In this document: positions 38,121-52,039 of the stretch, one piece after another
How positions within the stretch are numbered: position 1 is the first letter of the stretch
Layout of the letters: each line of letters starts with the position of its first letter
Origin: Psilocybe cubensis
Taxonomy: Eukaryota
Length of the DNA: 64,000 nt
Direction: 5' to 3'
Assembly: GCA_017499595.2 (NCBI GenBank)
Contig: CM039002.1
Coordinates: 2,728,001-2,792,000 of the forward strand
The notes under the pieces: model-generated
What the model saw: the letters and a program-made list of their open reading frames with translations, nothing else
The model's database searches: none
Told to the model about the DNA's origin: nothing
Translations under genes and position numbers: made by a program

Positions 38121-40501
38121 TTACTGGCCAGTAGCAGCACTAACGCTCGCCCAAAATCTAGGCAGGTGTGTCAATTAATACTAGAAGGGAAACTAACAAA
38201 GTGACAGAAAGCTCACTCGCATCGTCTCAGAAGCGCGTCCGACGTTTTTATGACCCTGATATCAGCGCCGCCCGCCTCCGTCTCGTTGAAAAGCATCTCA
38301 TTTCCCGCTTTCCATAGCGGCCAAAAAGGAGCTTTATTATCTTTGTCCCACTTCACGTTTACGTCCAGCGCCAACGCAAAATTGAAGAAGGATTCAGAAA
38401 ACTCCCTATCAAAATCCGGGTTCGAAAACGGAGGAGTCGCACCACTGGAAGATGATCAGATTGTTGATATTCTGATATCAAGCTTGTAGCTCCACTAACT
38501 TTCCAAAATAATACACGACATCGCTAGCATGGGTTCCAGGCGGAATAGCAAATTCAGACTATAAACCGCAATTTTGTGAGCCCGGACCTTCTGAAAGAAC
38601 AAGTTAGCTTGCCTTGTAAGCTTCTCCTCCAAACCCACGAAGAAGGTAGTAAGTGGGGCAGATAAAAATAGCTACATATGAACAAATAAGTAGTCAGCGC
38701 GCTCCGCAGTTGAGTTGGCACAACACATAAAATATAAATAAAAAAGGGGTACAGCGAAAAAAAAAACATACATTCGCCCATAATCGAAACAACTTGAGCT
38801 ATGTTGGTCCCGAGGCCTGCATATTGCGCAGCAGCAGCATGTACTTCTTTGCTTCCGAGTTCCGGGAATAGCTGTGACACGTAATCTACAACTTGGACTG
38901 TATCCGCTGTGCTTTGGTTAACGAATGTCTGTCCTTCGAAGGTGTTGGTGTTCGAGAATAGGATTTTCTAAAGCAAGTTGAAAGTTAGCATATGACCATT
39001 CATGCAAAAACCAATGTTCAGCGTGCCGTACCCCATTTACTTTCCCTTGTTTCAGAAGTTGGGTTGGGCGGTCCGTAATGAAGGTGCCATCGACGACTGG
39101 AACAAATACGAATGTTCCAAAGAAACCATTGTTGTTGATGACTGTGTTGGCCGTCTCCAGAATACTCACATCGACATTCCGAAGGCAGTCTAAAGTATCA
39201 GCTGCTGATGAGCAGCTTGAACCAACATATTTCATTGAGAAATTCGATCCACGAAAGAAAGGCAACCTACTTGGTCTGCGTCACCACCTCACGATAAAGA
39301 GTCTTGAAATGGCATATGTCAGCACCGCACCCAGTCCAATATACGAAACCTTGTCTTTTACGTACCTCTGGGATGCGATCATTGTATTTGTACTGTGATG
39401 GCAAAAACGTCGAGCTTGTCATAGCTGCCCTGAAGAGCGGTGGGTCCGTCTTTCCACCATTGGCAATCACTTGCTGCAAAACCGACCCTGCACCCGCCGA
39501 CTGTCCCCATATAGTCACCTTTTGTGGGTCCCCTCCGAATTTGGATATCTATATATCGAAAACGTATGAGGCATAGCGCATTGGAAAACATAACGGCGTC
39601 CACATACATGTTGCTGCACCCACTGCAATGCAAACTGTTGATCCACTATGAAAGGTGTGAAAATTACAACACGCCAAATAGGAGATGAAAAAAAAACTCA
39701 CAAAGCCCGGCGTTCAAAGCACCTCCATCCTTCACCTTCTGCCCGGGCAAGAACCCGAACAGGCCTAATCGATACTGTATAAGCACAGCAATAGCAGCTT
39801 CGCCCGACTCCCGCAGTATGTCATTCCCATCCAAAGCAGACGCGCTTCCCTCAACGTACCCACCACCATGAATGAAGAACACCACAGGGAGGTTCTCTTT
39901 TTCCCCAAGATTTCCCGGCACCCACACACTGCCCAGGTACAGACATGTCAGCAAACGGATCTACATCCGACGGAGAAAAAATAAATAAAAAAAGAAGAAC
40001 GCACTTGAGGAAGAGACAGTCTTCAGAAGGAGCCGCGAGAGAGATGTCCTCGGCCCGCTTTTGTCGTTCCTCAACGGGCCGTAAGAGGGCCGTTTGCATT
40101 TGTCCGACCGCAAGCCGGAACGGCGTACTCGGTGCGTGGCCCTGGCTTCCCGCTAGACATGTGGGAGCAGCGGCACTGGCCTGCTGTACACCAGCTGTGA
40201 AGGATGGCGGTGCAGGCGGTGCGAACCGCCCTGTGCCTATGGAACCATATCTCGCGTGAATAAAGCTCAGAAGTAGACTCTATATGGATGTACCTGTGGG
40301 AGGCGCGGCATATCTAACACCTAGGAATTGGGTGTGTGTCGCGTTTGATACTGGATCCTGGACGAGTCTCCCCTGATACTGTGCATACCCAAGATCGACA
40401 ACGGAAGACAAAGTCGCAGTTTTGCCCACACTAAGAGCTGCGGTGCGGAGAAAGAGAAATCCAGCTATAATTGAGATAGAAAATTGTGACTGGAACTTCA
40501 T
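38121..40501 (-). CDS. Secreted type-B carboxylesterase/lipase, paralog 2 (tandem)
   Basis: Signal peptide; same motifs as paralog 1 with GQSAG, TNTFEG and PPGTH; ends FWASVSAATGQ*. Confidence 0.93.
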
Positions 40502-42194
40502 TTTGGCTCCTTGTTACGCGTCCAGCCGAAGTTCAAACGAGGTTGGCTAAGAGAATACGAGATGTCCTCACTGCAGCTTCAAGTCATCATGATATATATG
40601 AATGTTTTGAGAAGAGCCATGAAAGCCAGAACAAGTTGGACGGTCCGACTTGATGATCGACGCAATTCCAAAGGGCACCACAAGATCAACAGAAGATGAA
40701 AGCTATACGCTACTAATAAAGTGGCTCATGATCAGCTTGGTGCATATAACTAAACTTAAAAGCTTGGAAGAACCTTGGGTGCCTTTGAACGAGCGCAAAA
40801 CGCTACAAGCTTAAATTGGTGCCAGCGTACCAAACTGGCCTGGTCCTGGTTGCATCATAGTAAGACCTTGTGCCTTGAAGTGCGGTAGTAAAGAAGTTCA
40901 TAGATTTGTATGTTCTTCTCTGTCTAAACCCAAAAATGTAGGCTTTCGTTGAAGCAACATCGAAGTCAAGAAAACAACAGGAACAGCGCTGAAACTCGGG
41001 AAACTTTGAAAGCACGTGATTTGTTCGCGCGACGCCCCTATTATCCTTCAGTGTCAAAATCGTAAGCTGTTCAGAATGTCGGTGTCGCCTTGCGTTCTTG
41101 ATAACCATGCTTGCGTTTTCAGATTTTTATCGAACATGAAGGGAACTTGCGAAGGTCTCAGTTCCCTTCAGGTTCGATATAAATCTGAAAACGCAAGTTG
41201 GAAGAAGTACATTGTTTTTGTAGTAGCTATTTCCAAGGTCGATTACGATTTTGACACTGAAGATTTCAGTCATCCACCTACGAAGACACAACTACTTTCT
41301 TCAAATCATAGCGATATATTAAATATAACCAACGACGTTTCATAAACCCGTGTATGTATACAAAAACGTCAAGTAAAAACCCTAAACAACCAAGCAAAAA
41401 AAAAGAGAGATTTATAGAACACCCAAAGAAACCAAAAAAACAAAAACAGAAACTCGATGATATATGTATGTTAATAAAATTTAAACCAAGACCCAAGGGA
41501 GAACGTCAAGTTATGCACGTATGAATAGAATAGAACGAAATATCGTGAGACGATATAGAAACGATACGAAAAGCAGGACAAAAGAAGGATTAGGTGTCAT
41601 GGATGATCCTTTCTTCGAGAGAAGAAAAACGCGAATCGAAACCGTCGTAATGATGCAATATAAAAGCCCGGGCGATTGCACAACATAGAATTCCGATTCG
41701 AATTGACCACCTAAACACCAGAATCGACCCACGCACACGCAATCGATCCAATGTTGTAGATAACCGATGAGTCAGTCGTAACATCGGATCGAGTAGAGGT
41801 GTATTTCGCGTCAAGCATGGCGTCATCAATGCCTCGCCGAAAAAAAATGACGACCAAAATCCCTAAAAAAAGAAGCGACAGAACAAAGATGTGGGGCACG
41901 AACAGAAATACGAAGGGAATTATTTGAATGCCAAGTCGATTGATTGGTGCTTGTAACTTGCTGATCGATATGTGCCAACAACGATAGCGGAAAAGAGTGT
42001 AACCGGTCGTTCAGTCTGTTTCGTGATATAATGTGACCTCGTGAGTTCGATGTAAAATTTTCGAAATGTATGTCGGAGAAGTCGGATTAGAAGGGAAAAG
42101 GATACGCAATGGAGGAATAAACAGCGTGCTAGGACCGGCAGATGTAAACATGTCGCGGCAGCGTCTTGTCCATCAAGAATAATCTTCATCAATG

Positions 42195-43140
42195 TCACTG
42201 GTCCCCTTCTTTGCGTGGGGACTCCAATGAAGCCAGAGCATTCGTTTGTTGTTGTTGAGCGAGAAGGCCGTCAATCGTAGGCATAGAGGACCCGTCGCTA
42301 GTGGCGCTTGTTGAGCTTGATTGGCTCCCCGCAGAACTGCTCTTACGCCGTCCCATCAAATTTAAGCTCCATCTCGTGCGCTTCTTGGCGAGACTCGGCG
42401 GAATGGGAGGATTAGCTGATGCCTTTAGTTTCGGGTGGGCACTATTGTAGGTTGGCGCATCGGGGGAGGACAACGGGTATGATAGCGTCTGTGAGGATAT
42501 CTGGGAGGAGGAAGGTGATGCAGATATCGCTGGAAATGAGCTTCCTGAAGGCACAGGCGACGGAAAAACACTGGTCATTGGAGGTGATCCAGATGCAGGG
42601 CTGGAGCTTGTATCAGGGAATGGGTATTCAAATCGCGTTGAGTTGGTAACATATGGCGTCCCCACAATTTGCGATGGAGAGTGGAGAATTAAGTCAGATA
42701 AATCTGTAAGGCCAGGCATGATTGAAAGGCGACCAGGAGATGAACGTGCGGATGCAGGAGGAGATGGAGATGCCACCGAGGGTTCAGGATCGAGCACGAT
42801 GTCAGACTGGGGTAGCAGGACGATGAGGGAGAAGACCAAGAAAAAAAAGAACAAATGCACGCACTTTGAGTTTTTCAGAATTGACAGAGTCAGAAGGGAC
42901 GGTATCAATGACGTTTGGCTCCACTGTCGGCAATTCCTTCCCATCTCCGGCCATTTGCAGCTCCTTCCCATCGACTGCTGCATCCAAATCGCTTTCCGGG
43001 ACATGAGCACTCTCTAAAGTCGCCATTTCTCGAGTAGTGGTTGCTCGAGGACAGCGAATCAGGTTTGAAAAACTAGCAGCTGCTCGGCCGGGTTGTCGAA
43101 GTCCAGAAGACAGCGTAGCACGTGCTAGAAAGTTCTCCAT
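42195..43140 (-). CDS. Ser/Pro-rich hypothetical protein (2 exons; start may be 43140 or 43026)
   Basis: ORF 42802-43140 splices (GTGCGT...CCCCAG) in frame into ORF 42195-43010. Contains RFEYPFP, SAHPKL and a basic KKRTRW...RRK segment. Confidence 0.7.
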
Positions 43141-45655
43141 CGATCACCACGTGGTTGTGAATCGCATAAAGGACGATAACAAGGGAATTGGCGTGCCAAC
43201 GGTTGGAATGGGGAAAACGATGCAGAGGTGTAATGAAACAGCGCATATAGTTGTACATTTGGTCAGCCTTTTGACCCTAGGTAAAGGTAGAAGCAGAGCA
43301 ATCAATCCATTCAAAACTCCCTCCTGAACCCAGTCAGTACTGGTAGAGCTGACGGTCATGAAGAGCATCAAAACAACCAGATACATCACTCTTGAAGAAC
43401 AAAAGACCCCATGATAAGAAACACAACTACTGAGAAGCTTTGGGAAAACTCAAAAGCTGACTCAACTGGCAACCCTAGAACCTCATCACACCTTGTATGC
43501 CTGTCATATTCATCGCCCATGCTCAATGCCTAGACCCTCGTAGCTGCACTCTCTAAACGAGCATAAGATCCCAGGCCAACGAAAGCACAAAAGCCCAACC
43601 GCGGGATTCGCTCGGATTCGCTCGGCAGGCCAGATCACAGAGGTCACCGGACGTCCATTTCAGGTCGAATTAGGTATTGGGGTGCCGTTATTGTCACGGA
43701 GGATCTAGTGAGCTCGTCGTCGCGAACGACGAGCTCAACATGTATTCGGTGGGGGAGATGAGCATGTGGGGGTGTAAAAACAACCCGAATAGCACTTTTT
43801 ATGAGCTGTGAGCAATCTGGAACAGTACGCATTAGGAAAGCCCCACAACTTTTTGGTCGAGACTGGCCTAGGCCCTTGATGACGCGTATGTCTACGTCAC
43901 GTGTCAACCCTTATTTAGAACTGCCGACGTCGCGTCGCGTCGCCTGTATGAATTCTGGAAGAGATGTATCCACAAATTTTGGCTCGTTTGCATAATTGAT
44001 CTGATAACCTTCAGCAGCTGTTTTCTCGTAGGCTAGTGCATAAACAAGCTTCCAGTATTTAGCTGTCAAGTTAATTATAACAAAAATGCATGGTTAGTGC
44101 ACTACAACACCATGTGGATTGTCACGGGTGGAGATGGAATTTTTCTTATCAGACAGTCAAAGCCAGAGTATGAAAATCCCCGAATCCGTTTGGCTGGCAT
44201 GGCTGTCTAATGTTCCACTATGATTTACTCTTTTACAAAGTTGATCGGTATTGTAAATGAGAATTTCGTCGAGAATGTTCTGAAATTCGAGTTTAATAAC
44301 GTCTTATTACCAACCCATAGATTGGGTAGCACAAGCCCTGGTAGTCACTTGGAATAATTATTTTTCAGGTGGCATCGAGAGACCCCTGTGAAGATGATCG
44401 ACATCTACAGTGAGATGCACCTTAGTGCCTGAAGGAGACATCTTGTGTAGAATGCACCTTCACTAAAGGCTGTTTTGAGTTTGAAATGAATAATTTATGA
44501 CTTACTTCCATCAGGATTCCATTTATCTTACCGTAGATAAAATCATGATTTGGGAAGAAATCGACTGAAGCTATCAATAAGAATCCAAAGCTTTCGATAT
44601 CGCACTTCAGATTAATTCACGGATCTATAATATCTAGGAAAGAATGATGTCTTTTTCAGCAGAGCTTGGTGTCACTTTACCCTTTTCCCTAGTCGTGCTA
44701 CGTTGTGAACCGAGAAACAGGCACAATAGGTGAGTTGGTGCAAATCTACAGACATAGGAACCTCTGTGTTCTAAAAAAACATGTAATAACGAGAACTTGA
44801 AACCCCTGATCAACCCAAACGCTGGGAAATGGGTGGGATTTCAGAACCCATTTTCAAAGGAGTTTGTTATCGCCAGTTATTTGTGTAGTAAAAGCGTTGG
44901 ATGAAAGCTATATTCAACCATAGCGCATAAAAATAACTCAAAGAGAGACGTCTTTGATATATTTGAGGAATCTTTAGCAATATCTGTTAGCGCCCAAGAA
45001 CTGATGCAGGCGCTTCAATCAAGATGGATCACATGCAGACTGTGCTCACGGATGACCTAGCGGGAAATGAAGACAAAAATGGTGGGTTCTTGGTGGAATG
45101 ATTGTAGAATGTCCCCCTTCCCCCCAATCGGATCTATCCACGACATGTGCCTAACCAGTAATCGGCATTATGATACCTTCGGTCTTATCTGCCAAAAGAC
45201 AAAAGACAAGCTGCCATTAATGTTAATGAATGGGGGCTAGAACCTTTCAAGTTATACGACCGAAATAACTCCCACCATTTTGAAAGCTCACAGAGGGATT
45301 CCTAAGGTCAAATATGATGGTGGTATGTAAAGGTTGATCGGTTCGCCTAAACAAGCACAATGGTCCGTATAGGTTGTACAAGACTGGTGCCCTACTCTAG
45401 GCATAATGTCACTTAATCACCGCGCGGCTCAATACATCTCCATGATGTAAATGGTAACTGAGTCCCATTTGGCACCGCCTGTAGCTTATATATACAACAT
45501 CTTGAATCAGCACTAGAAGACCCAATATTATCGGCTACAAAATCCTCACATCAACCCTGTTTAATCGACTCTCCACGTATTTTCTTCCCTTTCCTCTCCT
45601 GTACAGATTCCCTCTCCCGCTCTCATCTGACCTAGCAGAGCCTAGACGTTCTGCG

Positions 45656-46473
45656 ATGGCCCCTCGAAGATATACATGGATCTCTCTGTGGTTTCTAATC
45701 ACTGCCCCAATCATTCTGTGGGACGCAAGCTATGTTCTTATGCGGTAAGTCAATCTCTTGGGAGCGGATGCTTTTTTGTAAATTTTTAATTGTTAGTCCA
45801 CGATCCATGGAAGGGGGAGATTTGAGGTGGTTTTGGAGCGGATTTGACATGTACGAACGCATAGATACTGTAGGTTCTTCTCTATTCTATGTCGTCATGC
45901 ATTATGCTGATACAAGTATGGCAGGTTTACAGCGTCAAAGGATATCACGAAAAGGCGGGATTCGCACCTGCAGCAGGTGCTCCTCACACCCGTCATGTCT
46001 AATGCCAATGTCCTTATAACCTCCTCTAGCAATATCAAATCTGATTGAAACGTCTCTAAATGTAAGCATTACCTTCATCTTCCCGTCGATTATACTCATG
46101 CTGTAATCTCTCAGCTCACATATCTATATACTGTTTACATTGTCCCAAGAAATATGGCGCCACTCTTTGGTTTCTCAGGCGCCAGTTTGACGCTGCTAAA
46201 GACCTTGATTTGGATTTTGCAGGAATACTTTTGCGGAGGATGTTCACGATCGGAGCTGAATAAACCATCTGAAATCCTTAAATTTTGGGTCGCTCCGAAC
46301 ATGTAAGCTTTTTGACTTGTATCTAGCTTGCTAAACCTTGATTTTTGCTGACCTCTGAGTTCTCCAGCGTCTGGGTTACGTTTTGCTCGTTGATCGTGGT
46401 ACGACTTGGTAGAGATATCTCTCACTCCCTGAATTATTCATCGGAGGAGGAAAGCACTCGTAAATCCTCATGA
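45656..46473 (+). CDS. EXPERA/EBP-like integral membrane protein (~180 aa, 6 exons); not captured by the ORF track
   Basis: Hand-spliced: MAPRRYTWISLWFLITAPIILWDASYVLMRPRSMEGGDLRWFW...YERIDTVY...GFAPAAAISNLIETSLN...GASLTLLKTLIWILQEYFCG...FWVAPNIVWVTF...STRKSS*. All junctions GT-AG. Confidence 0.75.
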
Positions 46474-47339
46474 TTCTCATCTTAGTGTAGGTATACGGGG
46501 GAGCAGACTACAAAGATGCTCAAATTATACTTCTGGAACTTTGGATAGAACCATTAGAAATGAATCGACTTCTAGACCCGTATTTTTTTCATCCGGATGT
46601 ACGTTTACTTGTCGTGTTGCACCTTGTGACAAACAACTTCCACCTTCATATCGTCGGCATAGAGTTATGACTTTCCAGTTCTCAATCACATCTTTCATAT
46701 CATTCCGTTTATCATGTCTATATGAACACGGAAAATCCCGAAATGGATGAAGAGAATACTTTTGGAACACTCAGGAATACCCCGTGGTCTAATTGCGCAT
46801 CTTTATCGCGACTGTTGCTATTATCAGATTGCCACCTTCAAAATTGACAGAGTGCACGTCTGCGCAAGAGACACGCGGGTAGACCTCAAAGAATCATTTG
46901 CGGTCTTGTACACTCAACTTTGGATCAAACACTACTTCGAGAAGGTTGTATGCTCCGAGATGCTCGCAGAAGCTCCAGATACATACCCGCTGCCAGCGTT
47001 CCATCAAGTGTTGATTTGGTGGCACTGTGGCGGCAATGGAAAGTCAGACAGGCTGGCAAGCAATGCTCGAGCTCTAAATCAAACGCCAGCATAAGACATG
47101 GTTAAAATTCTGCAGAGCATATACTAACTCAATCAATCTCGCTCAAATCTGTACAGTGTAATAAAGCATGAAAATTCAGATATTCGGGTTGTGCCAGCCA
47201 GGGCTCGAACCCTCTTCATTTATCACCTATCACGTGATTGTGTTTGTTTCGGTGATTGCCCGTGTTCTCTGTGCTCGCCGTTGGGCACGACGACGACCGA
47301 CGACGACCGAACGACTAGGTGTCGGCGACGGCTATCTTC

Positions 47340-50300
47340 ATGACCACGTCGGCTCCTCAATTGAGTATCAAGACGTTTCTCAATCCATTTGAGCTTTACT
47401 CAGATTCTCGTGGTCATGGATATCAAGGCAGCTCTCGCAACGTTCGTCTAGGGCGTGTTACACCACCCGGAGGAGGTTCTATAGCCAAGAGTGAGGATGG
47501 AATGAGATGCGCTGTTACCGGGAAAGAATGTACGCGATATCCTTGTTGTTGATATTCTTAATTCAAAGCGGTCTTCTGCAGCCTTGAGAATATTGCGAGT
47601 GTCTGAACCATCGGAGAGTAATAACCCTGACCACAAGTTCTCGGTGGGTCGTGGAGGCCATCGTATCGACGCGTCGCGCAATTTCTGGGATACAAGTGGG
47701 TTGAAGATTGACAGTGCAAGTACCGACGTTGCTTGGGGACATGGCCGTAAGTGTTCTCAGTAGTGCCCAAGTCGTTTCTGATATGCAAGTCAGAGTTCAA
47801 CAACAAGATTCTTACCAGTGCTCGTAATGGTGAGCTGATCCTATGGGATCTAAACAAATCTGGTGTTACAAAATATGGTTCGTGTGTTCAATTTATTAAA
47901 AGCCAATGGCTGATTACGTTCAGAGAGGAGGACGAAGGACCATATCCGTTCTATCCATAAGATGTCCGTGTCGCATGTCGTGCACCATTACTGTATAACT
48001 GGATCTGCTGATGGACATATGCGCGTCTGGGACATACGCGACTTGTCCAAGTCTATAATGAGAGTACATCACCCGACGTCTGTTCGCAGTCTCGTTTTTT
48101 CGCCAAGTCTCTGGCAACCTTTGCAAGCCATAGCTGGACTCGATAATGGGAGCATATATCGGTATGAAAGGTTCAAAAAAGTTTGATCCACGCTTATATC
48201 CTTACAGGTGGGATTTGCGTATGGGTCAGCGGGGTTTGCTTGACAAGCTGCCTGTAGCTCATACCGCTTCAGTCACGGCATTGGACTGGTGCTCTGCTGC
48301 TGGCGCAGGACCTCAAGGAACATCGGCTGTAGGTATCACAGGCCAAGGGGATCCAGGATCCACCGGGTTAGGCTGGTTGGTGAGCGGCGGGCTCGATCGA
48401 TGCGTCAAGGTCTGTCCCGGGCGTCTACAGTTTCATTTTTATATTTAACTATCCATATGCAGGTATGGGATCTAACGTCTCCAGGTGCAAGCACACATAT
48501 ACCTCACAAGCCCACCTACACCCTTCACCCCTCGTTTGCGGTCCGTCGCCTGGCATGGAGACCTGGCTATGAATGCGAAATTGCTGTCGTTTCAACAACT
48601 GAGTTCGCCACCTCCTCAGTTGATTCCTCAAATGCCGGATCATCTGGTCTTCTCACAAGAACTGGGAGTGGGCATGGGTTAGACCATATTATGCGAGGCG
48701 CTCTTCCGGAGAGCATTTATCCATCGAAAGACAAAATGGGCGTGCAGACAGATGTCAAAGCATCGTCATCTATACCGTCTGTGGGAGACGCTGTTGAGAT
48801 CTGGGATGCTCGTAGGGGATGGCTAGCTAAATGGTCAGTGAGGGGGTCTGCTGTCGAAGGTGGCGTCACAGGTAATCATCAACATTTCCTTCAACTACCA
48901 TAATCATTCATAAGACTCCTATCAGACATTACCTTTGGCGACTCACATGCTATTTGGGCACAACACACAAGCGGGTCGTTCTCCCAAATCGATTTACGCG
49001 ACGCCACAAAACCTATTGATGCTATACCTCGTGTTGCTACTACTTGGGAGGCTACGGGATCTATGGCTTTCGTAGTTGACAAGGCTGATAGATGGGAAGT
49101 CCCTTATGATGATATGTAAGTTTCGGGGATGTCTTTTAAAAATTACTAACCCTTCCACAGACATCCTGAACGCAAGAATGTTGTTGATCTCCCCAAACCG
49201 TCTACTAAGGCGCTAGGCGATCCCACATTTAAACAATCAACACAAACGATTGGAACATTTAGCGACTTTACAGATACCGATCTAGAAACATTTACTACAT
49301 TGGCCAGGAGATATCTATTCGAAGGTAGGACGAGGAAAGATATATGTGCCTACAACGCTGGTGTATGTGAATCTCTTTAATTGTTGACATGTTGGTAATT
49401 AATCACGCATTGCACCTAGGTGGCCTTTGGCGCTGGCCACGAAGCCGCCGCACAAATTTGGCTTCTATTAGGAGCATCGTTGGCTGAGTATATCCCCGCT
49501 CATCCACCTACACCACCGCCTTCGCCACCAACGATACCCACTGATCCCCCGGCTCCTACCACACAGCTCTCCCCAAGTATCTCAACAAATCTGACCGGCT
49601 ACTCGTTTCCCACATCTTCTACAAACAAATCTGCGGAATTATCACCCTCGATTCCTCAAAGAATCAGTCCTGCTAGGAGATCCACTAGTGGTTCGTTATC
49701 TAGGGTATCAAGTCACACCCCATCCTCCTCAACCTCGCGTAGATTGACACCTACCTCATCTACATCCTCTTCCCCTCGCCATATTCCCCTGTCGCTACCT
49801 CCAGTGACACCTCGCAGAGCATCATTTTTTGGCAGACGAGAATCCATTGATTCAAGTTCAGTACCTCATCCTTCAATGCTTAGGCGACCTTCGATTCCTC
49901 CCTCGCTTGCTATCACAGCTAGCAGCCCTGGTGATCGAAGCACACCTAGTCTACGGCATGTGGGAGAGGGTGTTCTGGATGATTCTGATTCGTCGGGAAG
50001 TGAAGAAGACCCTGAAGGGGAGGAAACAGCTGCAGCTAACTCCAGTGACGGAGAAGGAGTTAATACCAGTCGTTCAGAGCAAACACAGACAGCACCTCGA
50101 AACATTCCCACACCAAGTCCACTATCGAGAATTGCAGGGCACCAGGCTTGGACAGAGGACGAGGACGATGGAGGAACGGATCATGAAGATGATGCATACT
50201 CACCATCACCTCAGTCATCAACTGATAGTGACTCGCATGGCTCGAGTTCACCAGATACGCGCTCAAAGTCTGTCAAGGCTACTCGTCGCGGTTCAAATCA

Positions 50301-51534
50301 CTATAAATCGAGGAGTAGGAGTTCCACCGTTGCTTCTCTTGCTGCTCCTCCACCCCGACCTTTATCCCGTCAAAATTCTCGGAGTAGCATACGTACAGTT
50401 ACCGGTCCCGATGCACCCGCAAGAGATCAAGAAGATAGCAATTCTGTACATCGCCAGGGACCCCCTGTGAATCCTGCACAGGATCCAAAAACTGGTCACC
50501 ACCGTCATAAATCGACAACGGTATCTGAAATGATTGCGAACTCGACTAAACCAAGTACCCCTGCTGTCAGAGTAGTTGACATTCCCGCTCAGACAGATGT
50601 TGACATTCAGATGACTGAACGGAGGATAGAGATAATCAAGCTCGACGATAACAGGTTCAAAGCGACGACATTAAAAGCATTGGAGCGGGCATTAGAACAA
50701 TTTGCTGAAGAAGTAAGTATTTCATATGATTTTTCGAGTATCTGTTGAATGATATTGTCATAGGGAGATGTGCAAATGTGTGCCATGCTGGCACTCGTTG
50801 CCCCAGAAGAACTGCATATCCCAAGGTCAAGAGTGAGACGCTTCTTAGACTCGTATATTGGTTGGTTTTGCGTATTCCTCACCTCGGACAAAATATTGAA
50901 AAGCTAAACACCGCACAGAGATTCTTACGCGTCTCCGATTGCATACATGCGCTGCATATCTTCGCAAGTACTGCGACCACGAAGATATTCGCAAACCCAC
51001 GTTAATGGGGACGACGATTTACACGTCGTGCGGTAAATGTCGGAAACCTCTGCTCGTTCCGGCTGGTAGCTTCAGTGGCAGAGTAATTAACCAGGGTGCA
51101 TTCTCCTTTTGCCTGGGCTGTAAATCATCTGTGGTTATGTGCTCTATATGGTCAGTCTTACTACATTGTCCATCAATGAGTTATACCTTATGTGCACATC
51201 ATTCAGTCGTCTCCCGGTTCGTGCGCTCCTCTTCCAGTGTTCTGTGTGCCACCATGGTGGCCATCAAGCATGTTACCGCCAGTACTACCTTCAACAGCCC
51301 ATGGTGGACCTTCCTTCTTCTTTTGTCCCGGCCAGCGATTCCAGTCGTGGAAGGGCATCTGTACGTATTGCGTCGACATCCGTTGAGGATGATGCAGGAT
51401 CCACCGCAGATACGTCAGGTATACCTAGCCCTGAACAACCCCACCATCCAAAATCACTTGCAGGCCACCCATGTGCCGCCGGATGTGGCCATTTTTGCTG
51501 GGCTGCAAATAAAGAATGGGAAGAATTGCCCTAG
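47340..51534 (+). CDS. RTC1: WD40-repeat and C-terminal RING protein of the SEA/GATOR2 complex (Rtc1/Sea2/WDR24-like)
   Basis: WD repeats (LTSARNGELILWDL, ITGSADGHMRVWDIR, AGLDNGSIYRWDL, SGGLDRCVKVWDL); ICAYNA/AAQIW; long S/P/acidic insertion; EEGDVQMCAML; Cys cluster CGKC..CLGC..CSIC..CHHGGHQAC..CAAGCGHFC. Confidence 0.85.
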
Positions 51535-52039
51535 CTATTTGTACCCATCGCATTCGGGATTTCTTTCGTTTTCGTTTACCCACCGCATCGTATCAGTCAT
51601 ATGTATATCCTCATTGTATGTTTTATTTCAAAATGTTTTACTTGTTAGTGCTTTTTGACATTCCCCCACATTTTGGATACGTAGAACATCTATGGAGTCT
51701 GAATCCCCGCACAAATTGATGTCATGAGTGGCCCTGATGCCCCAGCGTCCGTCGGACTATATTTTTTCTCCCATTGAATGAGATGCCCTTTGAATACCAG
51801 ACGTCATGCATTGTCGTCTGAAAGCGGTACAGTGCCATATTGATCGCGGTTACTTAATAGTTCATCATACGGATATGTACGACTATGCATTTCTAGCTGG
51901 AATAACCAACGAAAGAAATTGATCGTCGCATTGTGGCCCATCTTATCTGGTGCCATTGTTATCTTCTAGTTATAAAAGAGGCCTTTATACCATTCCCCGC
52001 TGCTGTAAACCCCCAATCACTCGTCAAGTCATCTAGCTA

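Noticed and set aside
46250..46302. Minus-strand MFGATQNLRISDGLF resembling the NLR amyloid motif
   Set aside because: It is antisense to an exon and donor of the well-supported EXPERA-like gene; the resemblance is coincidental.
47189..47217. tRNA-like T-loop/B-box (GGTTCGAGCCCTGG) on the minus strand
   Set aside because: No matching acceptor stem, D-arm or anticodon arm upstream; at most a fragment.
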